The notes under the pieces: generated by a model
What the model saw: the letters and a program-made list of their open reading frames with translations, nothing else
What the model was told of the DNA's origin: nothing
Databases searched by the model: none
Shown here: one piece after another, positions 9,532 to 18,943 of the stretch
How positions within the stretch are numbered: the first letter of the stretch is position 1
How the letters are laid out: the number at the start of each line of letters is the position of its first letter
Source of the DNA: Candidatus Multivoradales bacterium
GTDB lineage: Bacteria; Acidobacteriota; Thermoanaerobaculia; Multivoradales; JAHEKO01
Length of the DNA stretch: 64,000 bases
NCBI GenBank assembly: GCA_965223855.1
Contig: CBDCXM010000009.1
Coordinates: forward strand, 672,001 to 736,000
Direction of reading: 5' to 3'
Made by a program: the position numbers and the translations under genes

Positions 9532-10235
9532 CGCCCGTCGCCGGCGAGGTACTCGCCCCCGAGGCCCGGGAGAGCCTGCGCACCCTCGCCCGGGTGCCGG
9601 CGATCGCCGACATGTACCTCGCCGGGTCGGCGGCGCTGGCCCTCTACCTCGACCATCGCCCGGTCCGCCAGCTCGACTTCATGGCCGCCGGCAACCGGCT
9701 GCTGCCGCCCGACCGCCGCGACCTGCTGGAGGCGCTGCTGGCCCGGGACACGGGCACCAGCGTCGAGACGGCCCGCGACGGCTTGCTCCACGTCCGGACG
9801 GGCAACGACACGGTCGTGCGTTTCTACTACTACCCGTACCCGCTGATCGACCCGGAAGAGGAGGCGCTCGGGCTGCCGGTCGCCTCGCTGCTCGATCTCG
9901 GATTGATGAAGCTGGGAGCGATCATCAGTCGCGGCACGCGGCGCGACTTCGTCGATCTCCATCTGTTGACGCAGGTGCTGCCGCTGGCGACCCTGCTCGA
10001 ACGCTCCCACGAGAAGTTCGGTCATGTGCGCGACTTCCCGCTCCAGGCGCTCAAGGGGCTCGCCGACTTCTCGCTCACCGAGGGAGAGCCGATGCCGCGC
10101 CTCAACACGGCGCTCGACTGGCACGAGGTCCGCGAGCGACTCGAGACCGAGGTCGCGCACCTGGCAGGAGGGGAGTTCGGCCTCCCGGGTGGCCGCCCGG
10201 TAGAGACGGCTCCAGATGGAGGAGAGCGATCGTGA
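9528..10235 (+). CDS. AbiEii/AbiGii-family nucleotidyltransferase-like protein (degenerate motif)
   Basis: YLAGSAALALYLDHRPVRQLDF and MKLGAIISRGTRRDFVDL resemble AbiEii motifs; GTGA overlap with the upstream gene. Confidence 0.8.
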   Translation: MTPVAGEVLAPEARESLRTLARVPAIADMYLAGSAALALYLDHRPVRQLDFMAAGNRLLPPDRRDLLEALLARDTGTSVETARDGLLHVRTGNDTVVRFYYYPYPLIDPEEEALGLPVASLLDLGLMKLGAIISRGTRRDFVDLHLLTQVLPLATLLERSHEKFGHVRDFPLQALKGLADFSLTEGEPMPRLNTALDWHEVRERLETEVAHLAGGEFGLPGGRPVETAPDGGERS

Positions 10236-11503
10236 CGATGTTGTGGATCGAGGGAGCGACGGACCTGGCGACTCCGCTGGGCGACACCCCGCGTGCCGGG
10301 GCGGCGCAAGGGCGCCTCGAGCGACACTCGAACGTCGATCTGCTGTGCCGCGACGGTGAAATCGTCGCGATCGGCCCCGCCGCGGAGATCGCCGCCGCGG
10401 TAGAGGCGGCCGGCGACGAAGGCATCGAGCGCTTCGACGCGCGCGGCCGCACGCTGATCCCCGGCTTCGTCGATCCGCACACCCACCTGCCGTGGGCGGG
10501 CAGTCGGGAAGGGGAGTTCGCACAGCGCCTCGCCGGGCGCAGCTATCAGGAGATCGCCGCAGAGGGCGGCGGCATCCTCTCGACGGTCCGGACCACCCGT
10601 GAGGCGGACGAGGACGAGATTGCACGGCTGACCCGCGCGCGACTCGACCGGATGCTCGCCTGGGGCACGACGACGGTCGAGGCCAAGAGCGGGTACGGGC
10701 TTTCGGTCGAAGCCGAGCTCAAGCAGCTGCGCTCCCTCGACAAGGCGGCCGAAGACCACCCTCTCGACGTCGTGCCGACGCTCCTCGCCGCCCACGAGAC
10801 ACCGCCCGAGCTGCGTCCCGACACCGATCGCTACGTCGACATCGTGTGTAGCGAGATCGTACCGGCGGTGGCCGAGGCAGAGCTCGCGACCTACTGCGAC
10901 GTCTTCTGCGAGGAGGGGGTGTTCTCGCCGGAACAGTCGCGTCGGGTGCTCGAGGCGGGGCTCGCCCACGGCCTCGTCCCCCGGCTGCACGCAGACGAGT
11001 TCGTCGATTCCCACGGCGCCGAGCTGGCCGCTGAGGTCGGAGCCGTCACGGCGGACCATCTGATGGCCGTCTCGACGCGGGGCCTCGAATCGCTGCGCGA
11101 CGGCGGCGTGCTTGCCGGTCTGCTCCCCGGGACTAGCTTCTTCCTCAAGAAGAAGGTGTACGCCCCGGCGCGGCGACTGATCGAAGAGGGGGTCGCCGTG
11201 ACGCTGGCGACCGACTGCAACCCCGGTTCGTCCCACACCGAGTCGATGCCGATGATCTTCTGGCTCGCGGTTCTCGAACTCGACATGACGGTCGAGGAGG
11301 CTCTGACCGCGGCCACTCTCAACGCCGCCTGCAGTGTCGGCATGGGAGAGCGCATCGGCTCGCTGGAGATCGGCAAGCAGGCCGACGTCGTGATTCTGGA
11401 GGGGTCGAGCTTCGACTCTCTCGCCTACCACTACGGAATCCACCCGATCCACGCGGTCGTCAAGCGTGGAAGGGTCGTCTTCGAGGCTTCGGACCCGGCC
11501 TGA
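10232..11503 (+). CDS. hutI: Imidazolonepropionase
   Basis: PGFVDPHTH, SYQEIAAEGGGILSTV, EAKSGYGL, DVFCEEG, ATDCNPGS. Confidence 0.95.
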   Translation: MTMLWIEGATDLATPLGDTPRAGAAQGRLERHSNVDLLCRDGEIVAIGPAAEIAAAVEAAGDEGIERFDARGRTLIPGFVDPHTHLPWAGSREGEFAQRLAGRSYQEIAAEGGGILSTVRTTREADEDEIARLTRARLDRMLAWGTTTVEAKSGYGLSVEAELKQLRSLDKAAEDHPLDVVPTLLAAHETPPELRPDTDRYVDIVCSEIVPAVAEAELATYCDVFCEEGVFSPEQSRRVLEAGLAHGLVPRLHADEFVDSHGAELAAEVGAVTADHLMAVSTRGLESLRDGGVLAGLLPGTSFFLKKKVYAPARRLIEEGVAVTLATDCNPGSSHTESMPMIFWLAVLELDMTVEEALTAATLNAACSVGMGERIGSLEIGKQADVVILEGSSFDSLAYHYGIHPIHAVVKRGRVVFEASDPA

Positions 11504-11536
11504 CGACTCGGTCTCCCTCGAGGCGGGGTGCGATCG

Positions 11537-12169
11537 TCAGTCCTGTACGAGAGCCAGACGGGCGGCCGTGATGAGGGCGTTCTCGCCTTCGACCAGCTGC
11601 GCTCCGCGACGGCCGAGCGAGAACTTGATCTCGATCGCCGTATCGAGATCCGCGGCCCTCCGAACCCGCACCAGCTTGGCTGGCAGCGTCTCCGGAGCGT
11701 AGCGCCAGATCTCGACCTGTACCTCACGCATCGTCGAACGTGACCCTCGGCGCCCTGGCTTCCAGGCCAGCGAGTCTTCGGTCGCGATCTGCATGTGCGG
11801 CGGAGGGCCGAGAAGGATGAGGGCACGGCCACGAGCGGTGAGACTCCCCCGTTCGTTCCTCTCTGCATAAAGCAGATCGGCGGCCTCGACCCGGGCCAGG
11901 AACTGAGCGCGGAACTCGTTGTCGATCGTCGCCGGCTCCGGATCGCGCAACTGCCAGAAGCGCTCGACGAAGTTGGCAGCCTCGGCGGGTGTCTCGACGC
12001 GCCGGATCTCGCGCCAGTCGCTGGGGAGCAGGAGCCATCTCACCGGACCCTGGGCCCAGTCCATCAACTCCTCCGTGCCGTCGGACGACTGACCGGTCGC
12101 GACCGCCGGTTGGATCACCGCCAGGGTCACCGCCAGAGCGGCCAGTCGGTACCTCCGAGTCCTGCTCAG
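11537..12169 (-). CDS. GWxTD-domain protein (divergent), probable CTG start
   Basis: FVERFWQLRDPEP...NEFR...RV...GSLTARGRALILLGPP...EIWRY. The ORF track starts at GTG 12130; in-frame CTG 12169 has a GGAGG SD and gives a full signal peptide. Confidence 0.75.
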   Translation of the reverse strand: MSRTRRYRLAALAVTLAVIQPAVATGQSSDGTEELMDWAQGPVRWLLLPSDWREIRRVETPAEAANFVERFWQLRDPEPATIDNEFRAQFLARVEAADLLYAERNERGSLTARGRALILLGPPPHMQIATEDSLAWKPGRRGSRSTMREVQVEIWRYAPETLPAKLVRVRRAADLDTAIEIKFSLGRRGAQLVEGENALITAARLALVQD

Positions 12170-12444
12170 TTGAGCGGGCCTCCGGAAGGCTCGGCTGCCT
12201 CGACGATCTCGCCGAAACGGTCCTCGTAGCGTCTCAGGTTGTCCCCCAGCGCGTGGAGGATCCGTTTGAGATGCCCCGGGCTGGTGACGATCCTCGCCGT
12301 GACCGCCCCTTGCGGCGGCACCACGTTGATGAAGTCGAGGATGAACTCCTCCCGGGTATGGGTGATGCGGAGCAGATTCGAGTAGCGCCCTTTGAGCTCC
12401 TCGTCCGCGATCTTGATGTTGATGCCGTTCTCGGAATCGGCCAT
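12166..12444 (-). CDS. DUF3467-family protein
   Basis: GRYSNLLRITHTREEFILDF...ARIVTSPGHLKR...YEDRFGEI; GAGGAG SD. Confidence 0.85.
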   Translation of the reverse strand: MADSENGINIKIADEELKGRYSNLLRITHTREEFILDFINVVPPQGAVTARIVTSPGHLKRILHALGDNLRRYEDRFGEIVEAAEPSGGPLN

Positions 12445-12574
12445 GGCTGTCTCCTCAGGTGCAACGAATCATGCTAGCAATCCCGTCGCGAGCGGCCACG
12501 ACTGCGGTCGTCGGCCGACGTCCCGTCGATTCGGCTTTCTGCCGGTCCTGCCGCCCGGGGCGGTCCCGGGAGGA

Positions 12575-13744
12575 TCAGTTGCCCCGGCGGCGGCGCTCTT
12601 CGAGCTCGCGCAGGCGCTCCATGATCTCCTTGCGCTTGAGCTCGATTTCCTTCTTGTAGTCGACCAGCCGGCCCTCGTTGATGACGAAGACGCGCGGGAA
12701 CTTCTGGACGTCGCCGCGCTCGTCGAACTGCAGCATTCCGGTCACGCCCTGAAAGTCGCGCAGGCCGCGCAGACCACTCCACAGTTCGCTCGGGAACTCG
12801 CCACCCGACTGCTCGATCGCCGCTGCGAGCACCAGCACCGAGTCGTAGCCGTGTGCCGCGTAGAGGTCGGGGGTGAGTCCGTACTTCTCGCGGTAGGCAT
12901 CGACGAACGACTTGATCTGCTCCTCTTCGCTCTTGGTGTCGAATCCGGCCTGGGTCAGGAAGACACCCTCTGCCGGCTCACCGACCTGCTCGATGATCTC
13001 CGGCGACGCGAAGGCGGCTGTCGAGAGAATCCGCCCCGCGAACTCGCGCGACCGAAGCTCGCGGATGATCTCTGCGATGTCGTCGGCGTAGGCGGCGAGG
13101 TAGACCGCATCCGGCTCGAGGGTCATCACTCGATCGACGAGACCGGTGAAGTCCCCGCCGGCCGGGAAGACGATCTTCTCCAACACCTCTCCTCCCTGGC
13201 GCTCGAAGTTGGTCTCGAAGACCTCTCGATTGCCCTGGGCGTAGGCGTCCTCCTTGGCGAGGATCACGGCGGTCGCCACCTTGAGCTCCTGGGTGGCGAA
13301 GTTCGCCATCGTCGTGCCTTCGCGCGCGTCGGAGACGAACACCCGGTAGAAGTACTTCGAGATCCCGGTCAGCTCCGGTGTCGACGCCGACGGTGAGAGC
13401 AGCACCCGGCTCGCCCCGTCGGCGACCGCGACGGCCTTGAGCGCCTCCGGTGTCGTCACTCCGCCGATCACGGCCGTCGCACCGTCGATGTAGAGCTGCT
13501 CCACGAACTGCGCGGCCTTGTCGGGGTCGCTCTCGGAGTCGAGCACCGAAAGCTTGTACTGAACTTCGGTCTCCTGTTGCAGCAGCCGCTCGAAGGCAAG
13601 TTGGATCCCCTTCTCGATCGACTGGCCGTAGAGCTGGAAATCGCCGGTCAGTGGGAGAACGGCTCCGATCTGGACGGACGTTTCGCCCCCGCATCCCGCG
13701 AGGGCCAGGGACGTCAGGAGGAAACAGATCAGCGCTCTTCGCAT
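12575..13744 (-). CDS. Periplasmic binding protein type 1 lipoprotein (LivJ/LivK-like)
   Basis: Lipobox LAGC; IGAVLPLTG, SPSASTPELT, AHGYDSV, FQGVTG. Start moved to ATG 13744 (GGAGG SD). No adjacent ABC permease. Confidence 0.85.
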   Translation of the reverse strand: MRRALICFLLTSLALAGCGGETSVQIGAVLPLTGDFQLYGQSIEKGIQLAFERLLQQETEVQYKLSVLDSESDPDKAAQFVEQLYIDGATAVIGGVTTPEALKAVAVADGASRVLLSPSASTPELTGISKYFYRVFVSDAREGTTMANFATQELKVATAVILAKEDAYAQGNREVFETNFERQGGEVLEKIVFPAGGDFTGLVDRVMTLEPDAVYLAAYADDIAEIIRELRSREFAGRILSTAAFASPEIIEQVGEPAEGVFLTQAGFDTKSEEEQIKSFVDAYREKYGLTPDLYAAHGYDSVLVLAAAIEQSGGEFPSELWSGLRGLRDFQGVTGMLQFDERGDVQKFPRVFVINEGRLVDYKKEIELKRKEIMERLRELEERRRRGN

Positions 13745-13783
13745 GGGCCAGCCTCCACTCGAGAATGACGGGTATCTGCCCGG

Positions 13784-13812
13784 TTTGTAACCCACGGCCC
13801 TGAGGGTGTCAA
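13784..13812 (-). promoter_or_regulatory. Putative sigma70 promoter
   Basis: TTGACA-17 nt-TACAAA on the minus strand upstream of the binding-protein gene. Confidence 0.45.
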
Positions 13813-13859
13813 GCTGGCGCGGTCGATCCAAACCGGTTCGGGCGTGGCACAATCCACTC

Positions 13860-14168
13860 GTGAGCGAGACCCGCAAGTTGCGCGTGCGCTGCCCCGACTG
13901 CCAGAGCCGGCTGGTCGTGGACGCCGCCACCGGAGAGGTTCTGGCCCACGAGACGCCCGACCGACCGGCCGCCGCCGGGCAGGACTTCGAAGAGCTGCTC
14001 GCCGACCTCGACCGCGGCAAGGCCGAGGCGGAAGCGGTGTTCGCGCGCGAAGTGGCCGCTCACGAGGATCAGGATCGCCTGCTCGAGGAGAAGTTCCGCG
14101 AGGCGATGAAGCGAGCTGCCGACGAGCCGGAGGACGAGCGGCCGCCGAGTCCCTTCGACTACGACTGA
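13860..14168 (+). CDS. Small conserved hypothetical protein with N-terminal CxxC
   Basis: VRCPDCQSRLVVDAATGEVL...LLEEKFREAM...SPFDYD; GTG start 6 nt after a -10-like box. Confidence 0.7.
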   Translation: MSETRKLRVRCPDCQSRLVVDAATGEVLAHETPDRPAAAGQDFEELLADLDRGKAEAEAVFAREVAAHEDQDRLLEEKFREAMKRAADEPEDERPPSPFDYD

Positions 14169-14193
14169 GGGTCGCACTCCCGGGCAGAGGGGT

Positions 14194-16407
14194 TCAGCGC
14201 AGATAGATCGGCGAGTCGCCGACGGTGACGGGTGTACCCTCCTCGAGACCGGAGAGAGCCTCGATGGCAGCACCGTCGCGAGCGTTGGCCGTCCCGATCC
14301 CGATCGGCACCTCGGCCTGACGGTGCCCTCCGGTCGACCAGCCAACCCAGCGCTCCTCGCCGCCTACGTCGAAGCCGTACCACCAGACCCCCTCGGCGGT
14401 CACCCGCCGGTGCCTGAGCCGGCCGCCGCCGAGACGTTCGCACAGCGTCGAGAGTGCCTCGAACGCCGGCCGGCGCCGCAGCGATCCGTCCGCCTCCTGC
14501 ACCACAAGCCCGTAGCCACGGGCGATCAACTGCCACCAGTAGGCGCGCTCGACCATCCCCGAAGCGAGGGCCTGCACGTAGAAGCGCACCAGATAGTCGG
14601 CCTGGCGCTCCTCGTCGACCGAGACCTTGCGACCGGCCGGAGAGTGCGGCCCCTCCCACAACGGCCAGTTGAACTCGGTGATCCAGTTCTCGCCGGCGGC
14701 GTTGCGCGCGGTGTCGGCGATCGCCCGCAGCAGCGTCACCTTGCCGATCGTGTCGAGGCCGAGCTGGCGGTTCTCCGGCGCCCCTCTGCGATCGACGTAG
14801 AGCAGGCTCGCGACACCGTCGAGGGCCAGCCCTTCGCGCCACCTGGCGTTGAGCAGCGAGGCGGTGGCGTAGAACTCGAAGTCGATCACCGCCGGGCCGA
14901 AGAGCTGAGCGTCGTAGGGCTCGAAGGCGTCCCGCGCCGCCATCAGCAGACGTTCGTACTCGTCGTAGCGCCACACCCCCCACTTGCTGCGGTTGACCGC
15001 CTGGCCGACCTGGAAGGTCGAACCGTAGGGGGTGAAGCGCGCCGCCAGCTCGTCGAGTGACGCACGCCAGCGTCCGAGGTCCTTCACCAGCTCACGATTC
15101 TGCGGCAGGCTGTAGACGAGGTCGTAGCCACGGCCGGCGAGCTCACGCGCGAGGGCCTCCTCGTCGTCGTGCTCGTTCTGCCAGGGATGGAGTCGCAGCA
15201 GGAGCTTGCGCACCCCCAGCGCCTCGAGCTCGCGCAGCAGACCGTCGGGATCGGCCGGCCACGGGCGCAAGGCCAGACCGATGCCGTCGAGACCGATTCC
15301 GTCGAGACCGACCTCTGACGTCTCTCGAGCCCCCGGGTCGGCGGCGGATGCCAACACGACAGGGCCGCCGCCGTTGCGAAGCCGCCGGTAGCGCCCGGCG
15401 ATGCGTGGCAGTGCGGCGGCACAGACGGCGAGCTCGCGAAGGTGAGCGCCGGAGTCGGCAAGCCGCACCCCGAGACGCTGCCACCTGCCGGCGTGCTGGT
15501 GAGGCTGATCGGAGAGGTGGTCCCACACCGAGCGGTCGCGGGCGCCGGCTTGCTCGGGCGCCGCCGGGATGTGAGCGTGCGGGCGCCGCGGTGCGAAGCC
15601 CGAGAAGGGCGAGCGCAGCCAGCGTTTGGTTTCATTGCGCCACAGAAAGGCGTTCGAGTAGAGCGAGTAGAGGAAGCGCTTCCAACCGCTCTCGCCATCG
15701 TCCCAGTAGGCCTCGAGAAAGCATCGCTGATGCGCCGGATCGAAGATTCGCAACCGGCACAGGTCTCGCACCCGCTCGACCGTGGTCGGCACGGGGCCGA
15801 CGCGCGCTCGGTTCAGATCGACGATCGCCACCTCGGGAAGTCTCCCTTCGCGCGGACAGACGAGCAGGTTGCCGACCGAGACGTCGCGGTGCCAGATGCC
15901 GGCGTCGTGCATCCCGCGGAGGAAGAGCGCCAGCGCGGTCAGCAGATCTTCGACCGAGAGCTGCGGGAACTCCTCCTGAGCCAATCCCCTCTCGAGGGCG
16001 CGGAAGAAGTAGCGCGACTCGAAGCAGTCGGCGATGCGGCGCGAAACGAAGAGCGACGGGCCCTCGGGGTCTCGCGACTCGATGAGGAGTAGAGGTTCGG
16101 CCGTGGCGACACCATGTTCGACGCAGTAGCGCGCCACCCGCCAGCTCTTCTCCGCCTTGCTCCCCTCGAAGCGGCGGCGCAAGCGCGCCTTCCAACCCTG
16201 ATTGCGAAACTGCTTGACGACGACGTCGACGGCCCCCGACTCAGTCGGAAGCTGCTGGCGATAGAGATAGTTTCTCCCCCAATGGATCGTCTCGGTCGCC
16301 CGCCCCGGATCGACGAGCTCCACGACCGCGGCCTCGAGGTCGAGCGGTCTCGCGCTCGCGAGCACCTCTCCCCTCCAGGCGTCGAGCTCGAACGACTCCG
16401 TCCTCAA
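14194..16407 (-). CDS. Fusion: LPS/Kdo-kinase-like (WaaP/InaA) domain + glycoside-hydrolase-like TIM barrel
   Basis: Kinase motifs VVVKQF, HDAGIWHRDVSVGN, IVDLN; C-half has WITEFNW, YLVRFY, ERAYWWQL, GYGL (clan GH-A-like). Confidence 0.75.
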   Translation of the reverse strand: MRTESFELDAWRGEVLASARPLDLEAAVVELVDPGRATETIHWGRNYLYRQQLPTESGAVDVVVKQFRNQGWKARLRRRFEGSKAEKSWRVARYCVEHGVATAEPLLLIESRDPEGPSLFVSRRIADCFESRYFFRALERGLAQEEFPQLSVEDLLTALALFLRGMHDAGIWHRDVSVGNLLVCPREGRLPEVAIVDLNRARVGPVPTTVERVRDLCRLRIFDPAHQRCFLEAYWDDGESGWKRFLYSLYSNAFLWRNETKRWLRSPFSGFAPRRPHAHIPAAPEQAGARDRSVWDHLSDQPHQHAGRWQRLGVRLADSGAHLRELAVCAAALPRIAGRYRRLRNGGGPVVLASAADPGARETSEVGLDGIGLDGIGLALRPWPADPDGLLRELEALGVRKLLLRLHPWQNEHDDEEALARELAGRGYDLVYSLPQNRELVKDLGRWRASLDELAARFTPYGSTFQVGQAVNRSKWGVWRYDEYERLLMAARDAFEPYDAQLFGPAVIDFEFYATASLLNARWREGLALDGVASLLYVDRRGAPENRQLGLDTIGKVTLLRAIADTARNAAGENWITEFNWPLWEGPHSPAGRKVSVDEERQADYLVRFYVQALASGMVERAYWWQLIARGYGLVVQEADGSLRRRPAFEALSTLCERLGGGRLRHRRVTAEGVWWYGFDVGGEERWVGWSTGGHRQAEVPIGIGTANARDGAAIEALSGLEEGTPVTVGDSPIYLR

Positions 16408-17816
16408 GAGCTCACCTCGGTCAGCTCGAAAGTCCCGGCCTCGAGATCGGCGGCGGTCTCGACTTCGAGGCGCCCTTCGAGATCCTCCTGCAACCTGCGC
16501 GCAGCCGGATCGGCAAGCTCGCTCTCGCCGGGGAGAGCCGCCGGGAGTCGCAGGCGCCAGCGCCGGCCGCCGGCCCGCCGCTCGGCCGAACGCAGTTCCC
16601 GGCCGGCCGAACGCACCGTTTCGAGCAGCGACGGCAGACGGCCGGATCCCTGACAGGCCCCGCAGCGCGTCGTCGTGCGGCGCCAGAGGTCTTCGCGGCC
16701 CCGCTTGCGGGTGACACCGACCAGGCCGAACGCCCCCAACGCCTCGACCTGAGTCGCCGCCTTGTCGGCTTCGAGCGCGCTCCTCAGCGCATCGAGCACC
16801 CGCTCCCAGTGATCGGGCTCCTCGAGATCGATGAAGTCGATGACCACGATCCCGGCGAGATCGCGCAGCCTGAGCTGGCGCGCGACCTCGGCGGCGGCCT
16901 CCAGATTGGTGGCGAGCGCGGTCTCCTCGAGCCGCATCGCGCCCAGGTCGCGTCCCGAGTTGACGTCGACCGCCAGCAGTGCCTCCGTCGGCTCGATCAC
17001 CAGCGAACCCCCCGACGGGAGGGGCACGCGGCGCGACGCGAGTCCTGCGATCTGCGCCTCCGCGCCGTAGGCCGCCAGCAGCGACTCGGGGTCCGTGTGG
17101 ACGTTCAGCCGCTCCACAAGCTCGGGCGACGCGACCTCGAGCACCGCACGCACCCTTCGCTCCATCGCCTCGTCGTCGACGACGATCTCATCGATCCCGG
17201 AGTGCAACCGGTCGCGCAACCACCGTTCGATCGGATCGAGGTCCCGATGCAGTCGGCGGACCGGTCGACCTTCGGCCGCCCGTCGGCAGAGGATCCGGTA
17301 GAGGGCGAGCAGCTCCTCCCCCTCTGAACGCAACGTGTCGACGCTCACGCCAACCGCTGCCGTTCGGACGATCCAGCCGACACCGTCGCCGATCCCTTCC
17401 AACGCACCCGCGAGCCGGAGCGCCTCGTCTTCGTCCTCGATCCGGCTCGAGACGGCAACCCCGTCTCCAGGGGCGAGCAACACGGCGAAACGCCCGGGAA
17501 GGGACATGCCGCGCCGTACCCGCGCCCCCTTGCCGGGAAGCGGATCACGGTAGACCTGAACGACGATCGGAGCGTTCACCTCGAGCCGTTCGCCCTCCTC
17601 CAGGTGGAAGTCCGACTCGTGGAGAAAGGCGTGCCGCTCCCCGCCGATGTCGACGAACGCGGCGTCGATCGCCGGCGCCAGCCGGCGGATCCTCCCGTGG
17701 TAGACGTCGCCGACCAGCGAGTCGCCCTCTATCTCGGAGAGAAACTCGGTCAGGCGCCCGTCCGCGAGCAGCGCCATCCTCACCCCGACGGGGTCGCTCT
17801 CGATCAGCAGCCTCAC
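16404..17816 (-). CDS. rng: Ribonuclease E/G family (RNase G)
   Basis: S1 domain (GDVYHGRI, AAFVDIG), LPSGGSLVIEPTEAL-AVDVNSG, RLRDLAGIVVIDFID, CGACQGSG; GTGA overlap with the rodA stop. Confidence 0.9.
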   Translation of the reverse strand: MRLLIESDPVGVRMALLADGRLTEFLSEIEGDSLVGDVYHGRIRRLAPAIDAAFVDIGGERHAFLHESDFHLEEGERLEVNAPIVVQVYRDPLPGKGARVRRGMSLPGRFAVLLAPGDGVAVSSRIEDEDEALRLAGALEGIGDGVGWIVRTAAVGVSVDTLRSEGEELLALYRILCRRAAEGRPVRRLHRDLDPIERWLRDRLHSGIDEIVVDDEAMERRVRAVLEVASPELVERLNVHTDPESLLAAYGAEAQIAGLASRRVPLPSGGSLVIEPTEALLAVDVNSGRDLGAMRLEETALATNLEAAAEVARQLRLRDLAGIVVIDFIDLEEPDHWERVLDALRSALEADKAATQVEALGAFGLVGVTRKRGREDLWRRTTTRCGACQGSGRLPSLLETVRSAGRELRSAERRAGGRRWRLRLPAALPGESELADPAARRLQEDLEGRLEVETAADLEAGTFELTEVSS

Positions 17817-18943
17817 CGGTTCACGTAGCGCCGCAGATCGACGTTGAGAATCAGCCCGGCACTCATGAAGGACGCCAGGGTGAACGACCCGCCGTAGGAA
17901 AGAAACGGCAGCGGGATGCCGGTGATCGGCAGCAGCCCGACGACCATGGCGGTGTTGTAGATGACGTGAAAGCCGAAGCCTGAGAGCAGGCCGATCACCA
18001 GGAAGATGCCGGCCCGGTCCCTCGCCCGCATCGCCACCTGGGCGCCGTTGTAGAGGTAGAGGGTATAGAGCATCAGCACGACGACGACACCGAAGAACCC
18101 CCACTCCTCCGCCAGCACGGCGAAGATGAAGTCGGTGTGCCGCGCCGGCAGAAACCGCAGCTGGCTCTGCGTCCCCTGCAGGTAGCCGCGGCCGGCGAGC
18201 TGCCCGGAGCCGACCGCGATCTTGCTCTGCTGGAGCTGGTAACCGGCACCCAGCGGTTCGCGCTCGGGGTCGAGGAAGGTCCGCACCCTCTCCTTCTGGT
18301 AGTCGAGCAGGGCGAAGTTCCACACCAGCGCCAGGACGAGCACGCCGAGGACGAGCGCCGCGACGACCCACTGCCAGCGCACTCCGGCGACGAACAGCAT
18401 GCCGGCGAAGATCGGCAGGAACATGACCGCGCTTCCGAGGTCACGTTCGAGGATGATGAGCGACATCGGCGCCAGCACGATGCCCGACGCCAGGAGGATC
18501 TGCGACAGCCGCAGGTAGCGGCGGTTGGTGCCCGACAGGTAGCGCGCCAGCAGCAACGCCGTCGAGAGCTTGGCGAACTCCGAAGGCTGGAGCCCGAAAC
18601 CGCCGATGCCGAACCAGCTCCGTGCCCCCCCGCGCACCGCGCCGACGAACAGCACCGCTACCAGAGCCGCCATGCCGAGCGCGTAGATCACGACCGAGAA
18701 CTTGGTGAGCGTCTGATAGTCGAACGAGAGCATCGCCACGAACGCCACGAGCCCGATGAGGATCCACACCCCCTGCCGCGGCACGTAGTCGATGCCGAGC
18801 TCGGAGCTCGCGCTGTGGACCGTCGCCAGCCCGACTGCCGCCAGCAGCAGCGCCGCCAGCAGCAATGCCCAGCGAACGTCGGCGAGGCTGCGCAGCAGCG
18901 GCCGGTCGTCAGCCAGCGTCAGGGTCGTCGAAGTAGGTTTCAT
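17813..18943 (-). CDS. rodA: Rod shape-determining protein RodA
   Basis: GARSW, LQPSEFAK, GYQLQQSKIAVGSG, HTDFIF, PITGIPLPFLSYGGS; follows mrdA. Confidence 0.95.
   Translation of the reverse strand: MKPTSTTLTLADDRPLLRSLADVRWALLLAALLLAAVGLATVHSASSELGIDYVPRQGVWILIGLVAFVAMLSFDYQTLTKFSVVIYALGMAALVAVLFVGAVRGGARSWFGIGGFGLQPSEFAKLSTALLLARYLSGTNRRYLRLSQILLASGIVLAPMSLIILERDLGSAVMFLPIFAGMLFVAGVRWQWVVAALVLGVLVLALVWNFALLDYQKERVRTFLDPEREPLGAGYQLQQSKIAVGSGQLAGRGYLQGTQSQLRFLPARHTDFIFAVLAEEWGFFGVVVVLMLYTLYLYNGAQVAMRARDRAGIFLVIGLLSGFGFHVIYNTAMVVGLLPITGIPLPFLSYGGSFTLASFMSAGLILNVDLRRYVNR

Noticed and set aside
15281-15312. 15-bp tandem repeat (GLDGI) in the kinase-GH linker
   Set aside because: Small in-frame duplication; ordinary slippage.
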